Source of the DNA: an uncultured cyanobacterium
GTDB lineage: Bacteria; Cyanobacteriota; Cyanobacteriia; Phormidesmidales; Phormidesmidaceae
DNA: 64,000 nt
Direction of reading: 5' to 3'
Assembly (NCBI GenBank): GCA_963793265.1
Contig: CAWBZI010000006.1
Coordinates: forward strand, 896,001-960,000
Shown here one piece after another: positions 59,809 to 64,000 of this stretch (positions within the stretch are counted from its first letter, which is position 1; every line of letters begins with the position of its first letter). The translations under genes and the position numbers were made by a program. The notes below the pieces were generated by a model. The model was not told the origin of the DNA. It searched no databases and saw nothing but the letters and a program-made list of their open reading frames with translations.

Positions 59809-60381
59809 CTAAGTATCGGTCGTAGCGGTGTTAGAAAAGCTCGCCATAGAGTTAGCCCCGAGCATTTCACTCGGGAACGTCGGCAGATCTAAATGGCTGG
59901 TGCCGCGACGACTGCGAACAGCAAGGCGATAGCTAGTGCTTTGTAGCTCAGCTTGTAGCTGACGGTTTTCCTGCTGAATTTTGGCAACTTTATCTTTCAC
60001 CGCGCCCATTCGCTCCGCAAACTTCTCCTTATATATTCTCGGCAGTTCCTGCACGACCTGCTCTAGCATTCGCGTACGGTCAGTCAGTTCTTGAGCAGTC
60101 TGCCGAAGCTGATAGGCTTCTTCGTCTCGGCTCTCAATTTGCTCTTGATAGAAAGCAATCTGCTGATCTTGCTTGCTTAGCTGCTCTCGAAGCGCACTCA
60201 TCTCTTGCTGATGCTGCTCAGATATCTCCGGGGCAGGCATAAAATCTTGATTGCCTTTGACTAATCGAAACAGTTCTTGGGAAAGCTGCTGCACGAGCTG
60301 ATCGCGCATAGCTAACTCCTCGCGGAGCCTGACAACTTCTGAATAACTGGTAGAACTATTAACGGTAGCGGTCTGAATCAC
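59809..60381 (-). CDS. Conserved coiled-coil hypothetical protein
   Basis: RDQLVQQLSQELFRLVKGN heptad-rich sequence. Confidence 0.78.
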   Translation of the reverse strand: MIQTATVNSSTSYSEVVRLREELAMRDQLVQQLSQELFRLVKGNQDFMPAPEISEQHQQEMSALREQLSKQDQQIAFYQEQIESRDEEAYQLRQTAQELTDRTRMLEQVVQELPRIYKEKFAERMGAVKDKVAKIQQENRQLQAELQSTSYRLAVRSRRGTSHLDLPTFPSEMLGANSMASFSNTATTDT

Positions 60382-60513
60382 TTGCGTACCTTCGATCCTT
60401 AAGTATCAGAATATATACCATCTACCAGCAAACGCTCGAAACCCAGCGATAACGGAGAAGCGGCGTGATAAAACGAACATTCCAGCACTATAAGTAGAAG
60501 CACTATAAGTAGC

Positions 60514-60560
60514 AAAAAAGAAAGCAGACACCACTAACTGCAATGTCTGCTTTCTTTTTT
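60514..60560 (-). terminator. Terminator after rpsF
   Basis: AAAAAAGAAAGCAGACA...TGTCTGCTTTCTTTTTT. Confidence 0.85.
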
Positions 60561-60596
60561 GCTTAGATTAGGCTTTATAGCCTGCATTGTTGAGTG

Positions 60597-60956
60597 CTAA
60601 GAGCCCAGTGGCGCTGCCGAAGCTGTTGCTTCAGACTCAATATCAGCGCTTTCGCTACCTTCAGCGGGCTCTTCAAAGCAGATAGTGAGATAGCGAATGA
60701 CATCTTCGCTAAGGCGCATAGCACGTTCCATAGGTGCGATCGCAGTTCCCGGCGCTTGGTAGTTCATCTGAATATAGATGCCTTCGCGGTAGCGATTGAT
60801 CTCATAAGCCAAACGGCGCTTGCCCCGGTGCTGCGTTTCCATCATGTCAGCACCGCTTTCGGTGAGCATATCCTGGTAGCGGCTGATGGCTTGATCAACG
60901 GCTTCATCACCGAGATCGGGCCGCAGAATGTACATGGTTTCGTAAAGCGTACTCAT
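60597..60956 (-). CDS. rpsF: 30S ribosomal protein S6
   Basis: [27 protein letters not shown]. Confidence 0.96.
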   Translation of the reverse strand: MSTLYETMYILRPDLGDEAVDQAISRYQDMLTESGADMMETQHRGKRRLAYEINRYREGIYIQMNYQAPGTAIAPMERAMRLSEDVIRYLTICFEEPAEGSESADIESEATASAAPLGS

Positions 60957-60973
60957 AATCTTAAAACTCGAGA

Positions 60974-61064
60974 TCCTTATGGACAAATAGGCCTCTATCG
61001 TTGCGATCGCAGCACTTGTAGAGATTTCTCCAAAGGCCAGACATAGCGCGGATAAAAGCAAGGG
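60974..61064 (-). promoter_or_regulatory. Putative S6:S18-type ribosomal leader upstream of rpsF
   Basis: Minus strand CCCTTGCTTTTATC...GATAGAGGCC...TAAGGA; extended -10 TGgTATGAT just upstream. Confidence 0.5.
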
Positions 61065-61155
61065 CTTACAATCATACCAACAACTGAGCCTGCTTAACAC
61101 GTACACTAGCTTCGAGTGCCTAAATAAACGTTTGATCTAATCTGTGGCAATACCT

Positions 61156-62004
61156 ATGGTGCACCGTTACGTTCGAGTTCAATCGTCATCAGGACAGCTA
61201 CACTACGGCCTGCTACTCGCAGACAGGCGTGTGCAGGTATTAGACGCACCGCCCTGGCGAAATGGTCAGGCCACCGAGATTGAACTGGCTTTAGAAGACT
61301 ACCGGCTACTCGCGCCTTGCTCGCCCTCTAAAATAATTGCGGTTGGCCGCAACTATGCCAAACACGCCGTCGAGCTAGGGAATGATCTCCCGCAAAAGCC
61401 GCTGCTGTTCATGAAGCCATCTACGGCGGTAACAGCAATAGATTCGCCTATTTTTTATCCGCAGCAGTCTCAGCGGGTGGACTATGAGGGAGAGCTAGCG
61501 GTGGTAATTGGCGATCGCGCGACCGATTGCGAAATTGACGAGGCACGCAGCAAAATTTGGGGATATACCATTGCCAACGATGTCACCGCGCGCGATTTAC
61601 AGCGGCAAGAAAATCAGTGGACACGGGCCAAAGGTTTCGATTCTTTTTGTCCGTTAGGCCCCTGGATAGTGCGCGAGATTCCAGTGGGCGCGCGGCTACA
61701 GACGTTTGTTAATAACGCTAAAACACCTGTTCAGTCAGCATCTATTGCCGATATGGTTTTTTCACCAGAGTATTTGGTGGCCTATATTAGCCAGGCAATT
61801 ACGCTGCTGCCGGGAGATGTGATTTTGACGGGAACCCCAGAAGGGGTAGGGGCAGTGTCAGTGGGCGATCGCATCCGCATAGAGATAGAAGGCATCGGCT
61901 CACTCGATAACCCCGTACAGGCCAAACCCACTAAAAAAGCGCCCGCTACAAAAGAGCTGGCGCTTCAATCAGACTTTATACAAAAGACTCAAAAGGTCAA
62001 TTGA
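61156..62004 (+). CDS. Fumarylacetoacetate hydrolase family protein
   Basis: KIIAVGRNY, DYEGEL, NDVTARD, KGFDSFCPLGP, LTGTPEGVG. Confidence 0.92.
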   Translation: MVHRYVRVQSSSGQLHYGLLLADRRVQVLDAPPWRNGQATEIELALEDYRLLAPCSPSKIIAVGRNYAKHAVELGNDLPQKPLLFMKPSTAVTAIDSPIFYPQQSQRVDYEGELAVVIGDRATDCEIDEARSKIWGYTIANDVTARDLQRQENQWTRAKGFDSFCPLGPWIVREIPVGARLQTFVNNAKTPVQSASIADMVFSPEYLVAYISQAITLLPGDVILTGTPEGVGAVSVGDRIRIEIEGIGSLDNPVQAKPTKKAPATKELALQSDFIQKTQKVN

Positions 62005-62015
62005 TGTTCTGCAAA

Positions 62016-62504
62016 TTAGTAAGGCATTTGCATATTAACGGCATCCGAAATCGTGGGAATTTCGGCATAGCGGCCTAGCACCGACTGCGCAACAGAATAG
62101 ACGACAATTGCCATCCCGCCCAAGAACATCACGTTTAACAGGGTTTCACCCACAATGTTGCTGCCCGTGAGGTTGAACACACTTAGCACCAGCAAGGTGA
62201 TAGAAATCATGAAGCTCACTAAAATCGCCTGCAACACGTTGAAGCGAATAAACCGGCTGATATTCGAGTTTCTGATGACAAAGAGAAACAGCAAAATGAA
62301 AACGCCAAAGCCAAGCCAGCTATTTTCAATCGCAATTAGCGGCTGTAGCGGCAGCAGCACAATCTGGAACAACTGAAATGCTGGCGGGAACTGAAGACTT
62401 AAAAACCGCAAAAAATAACTGCCTGCATCTAAAGCAGAGGCAAGAGGCATGACATAAGCTAGAGCTGCAAAGGCTCTATCAAGGGCGGTTGCAGAACTAT
62501 TCAT
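62016..62504 (-). CDS. Tic20/Ycf60 family membrane protein
   Basis: DRAFAALAY, RNSNISRFIRFNVLQA, YAEIPTISDAV. Confidence 0.85.
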   Translation of the reverse strand: MNSSATALDRAFAALAYVMPLASALDAGSYFLRFLSLQFPPAFQLFQIVLLPLQPLIAIENSWLGFGVFILLFLFVIRNSNISRFIRFNVLQAILVSFMISITLLVLSVFNLTGSNIVGETLLNVMFLGGMAIVVYSVAQSVLGRYAEIPTISDAVNMQMPY

Positions 62505-62555
62505 AACAAACTCCTACGGTTCATGGGTTAATGGCTGATGTGAATATATTTCTCT

Positions 62556-62834
62556 TTAGCATAGCGTATCTGTTAGTTCAGCCACTCTAAAGCCCATTGC
62601 ACACTCATACTGAGCCGGACATTTGGTGTCTACTGTTGCCGGTGCATCTTCACAGCCTGAAGCGCCTTCTAGAACACCTTCTAAAACACTTCCGGCTAAC
62701 GGCGGTTCAATCAAACGACCGCATCTCAGCCGTCCTTTTTGCCACCGGGGCTGTCCGCTTTGGCTCGCCATAGGGCAGCTTTGACACACTGCCGAAGGTG
62801 GCAAAAGCTGCTCTTTCATCAGAATGACTAACAT
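62556..62834 (-). CDS. Small Cys-rich conserved hypothetical protein
   Basis: VCQSC..A...GQPRW..G.L.CG...YECAMGFRVA. Confidence 0.72.
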   Translation of the reverse strand: MLVILMKEQLLPPSAVCQSCPMASQSGQPRWQKGRLRCGRLIEPPLAGSVLEGVLEGASGCEDAPATVDTKCPAQYECAMGFRVAELTDTLC

Positions 62835-62989
62835 ATGTTCACCGTTCCATTCCTACGCCTGCTTCTCTAGGGCCCATCCCTTTAAAGAATGCCTAAAAAT
62901 AGCTGAGTGCCTTTATATTCCAATATAGTAGGGCACTCGCCGGAGGAATCTGTATGGGTTTTTACACACGTAGGTATTCTTTGGCTGCC

Positions 62990-64000
62990 TTACTTCTTTA
63001 CAGAAATCTCAGGCGCTCTAGTAGATGCTCTAGCAGGAATATCAGCTTCGATTGGTTTTGATTGCGATCGCCGCTGCTTAAGCAAACGAGGCTTGGGCTT
63101 AGGCTTTTCGCCTACATAGTCTTCCGTGCGCAGGTGCGTTGGCCGCGCCTGGTCGTAGGCCATCTGTAGCGCCGCTGCTGCAATCGTTCGAATGTCATAC
63201 TCTTCGCCAAGCTGCGACACAATTGGCAAAAAGGAAGCCAGCCGCTCACTCGTCACCGCTTCTCTCACGCTCGCCTGAAGCTTTTCAAGATGACGAGCTG
63301 CAATCTCTGCCTGAGTCGGCACCTTTGCATACTCCACCTTCTTACCAAAGCGCCGCTCTACTCTAGAAAGCTTATATTTTTCCAGCGTCGTCACAATCGA
63401 AATAGCACGCCCTTCTTTACCCGCCCGGCCCGTCCGCCCGATCCGGTGCACGTAGCTGTCTAAGTTATCAGGCAGCTCATAGTTGATCACATGAGTTAAG
63501 TCTTCTACATGAATACCGCGAGCGGCAATATCAGTTGCGACCACATAGCGCACCTGCCGCTGACGAAAACGCTGGAGCAGTCGTTCACGCTGGGGCTGAG
63601 TCAAATCGCCATGGTACTCGTCGGCACTGTGGCCCGCAGCCTGAAGCTGCCGCGTCAGTTCAGTCGCCGTACGACGCGTCCGCACAAAAATAATGGCCGA
63701 CTCTGGATCTTCTATCTCTAAAATAGGCATCAACGCTCTGGGCTTCGTCCAGCCAGTCGGCACGACATAGCCTACCTGCTTGATTCGAGCGGTGGAAGAT
63801 TTTTGAGGCTCAACGCTCACCGTGACCGGAGACTTTAAGAATCGGGTAGAGAGCTTTTGAATCGCCGGATCCATCGTGGCCGAGAAAAACGCAGTTTGGC
63901 GATCGTCAGGCGTATGTGACAAGATTTTCTCTACGTCGTGGATGAAGCCCATATTGAGCATTTCATCGGCTTCGTCAAGCACCATCATGCTGAGCTGGTC
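62990..64000 (-). CDS. crhR: DEAD-box RNA helicase (CrhR-like), 5' end outside the window
   Basis: DEAD, FSAT, HGDL, ARGI, YVHRIGRTGRAG. Confidence 0.88.
   Translation of the reverse strand, partial: DQLSMMVLDEADEMLNMGFIHDVEKILSHTPDDRQTAFFSATMDPAIQKLSTRFLKSPVTVSVEPQKSSTARIKQVGYVVPTGWTKPRALMPILEIEDPESAIIFVRTRRTATELTRQLQAAGHSADEYHGDLTQPQRERLLQRFRQRQVRYVVATDIAARGIHVEDLTHVINYELPDNLDSYVHRIGRTGRAGKEGRAISIVTTLEKYKLSRVERRFGKKVEYAKVPTQAEIAARHLEKLQASVREAVTSERLASFLPIVSQLGEEYDIRTIAAAALQMAYDQARPTHLRTEDYVGEKPKPKPRLLKQRRSQSKPIEADIPARASTRAPEISVKK

Larger units (their letters stand above)
1..64000. repeat. HIP1 octamer GCGATCGC dispersed throughout
   Basis: Dozens of copies (for example near 77, 1182 and 3316), a hallmark of many cyanobacteria. 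Confidence 0.9.

Noticed and set aside
60594..61106. 150-aa plus-strand ORF and the 50-aa N-terminal extension of rpsF
   Set aside because: The first is an antisense shadow. The extension covers the rpsF promoter and leader, and S6 homology starts at 60956.

Overview
This is chromosomal DNA from a cyanobacterium. It has a very dense HIP1 octamer (GCGATCGC) and carries apcF, petG, crtR, an OCP-NTD (HCP) gene, ado-aar, clpR/clpP3 and a carboxysome-type beta-carbonic anhydrase. Most of the window is housekeeping and metabolic genes: epimerase/DUF1611, Clp cluster, sppA-aroH, pyk, ado-aar-accA-folE, trpF, glnN/apcF, P450, amidase, ArsA/Get3, rpsF and a partial DEAD-box helicase. It has one tRNA (Phe-GAA). 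I found no CRISPR array, transposase or integrase. The most unusual stretch is the accessory patch 3' of tRNA-Phe (about 17.1-20.2 kb). It holds (i) a strong sigma70-type promoter driving a ~260-nt multi-hairpin leader, including a cUUCGg tetraloop, ahead of a 79-aa ORF; (ii) a membrane-anchored protein whose 21-aa repeat is identical in protein but differs at 11 silent sites; (iii) a hicB-hicA pair; and (iv) a nonsense-interrupted antitoxin. Other highlights are a second, chimeric-looking inactive Clp subunit between clpR and clpP3, GS-III (glnN) with a textbook NtcA promoter in the slot beside apcF usually held by glnA, a three-gene STAND-like ATPase module, a probable CTG-initiated lipoate ligase, a DUF3747-SPOR-amidase fusion and two small ORFs missed by the ORF track. 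Family names come from motif recognition only; no database search was run.
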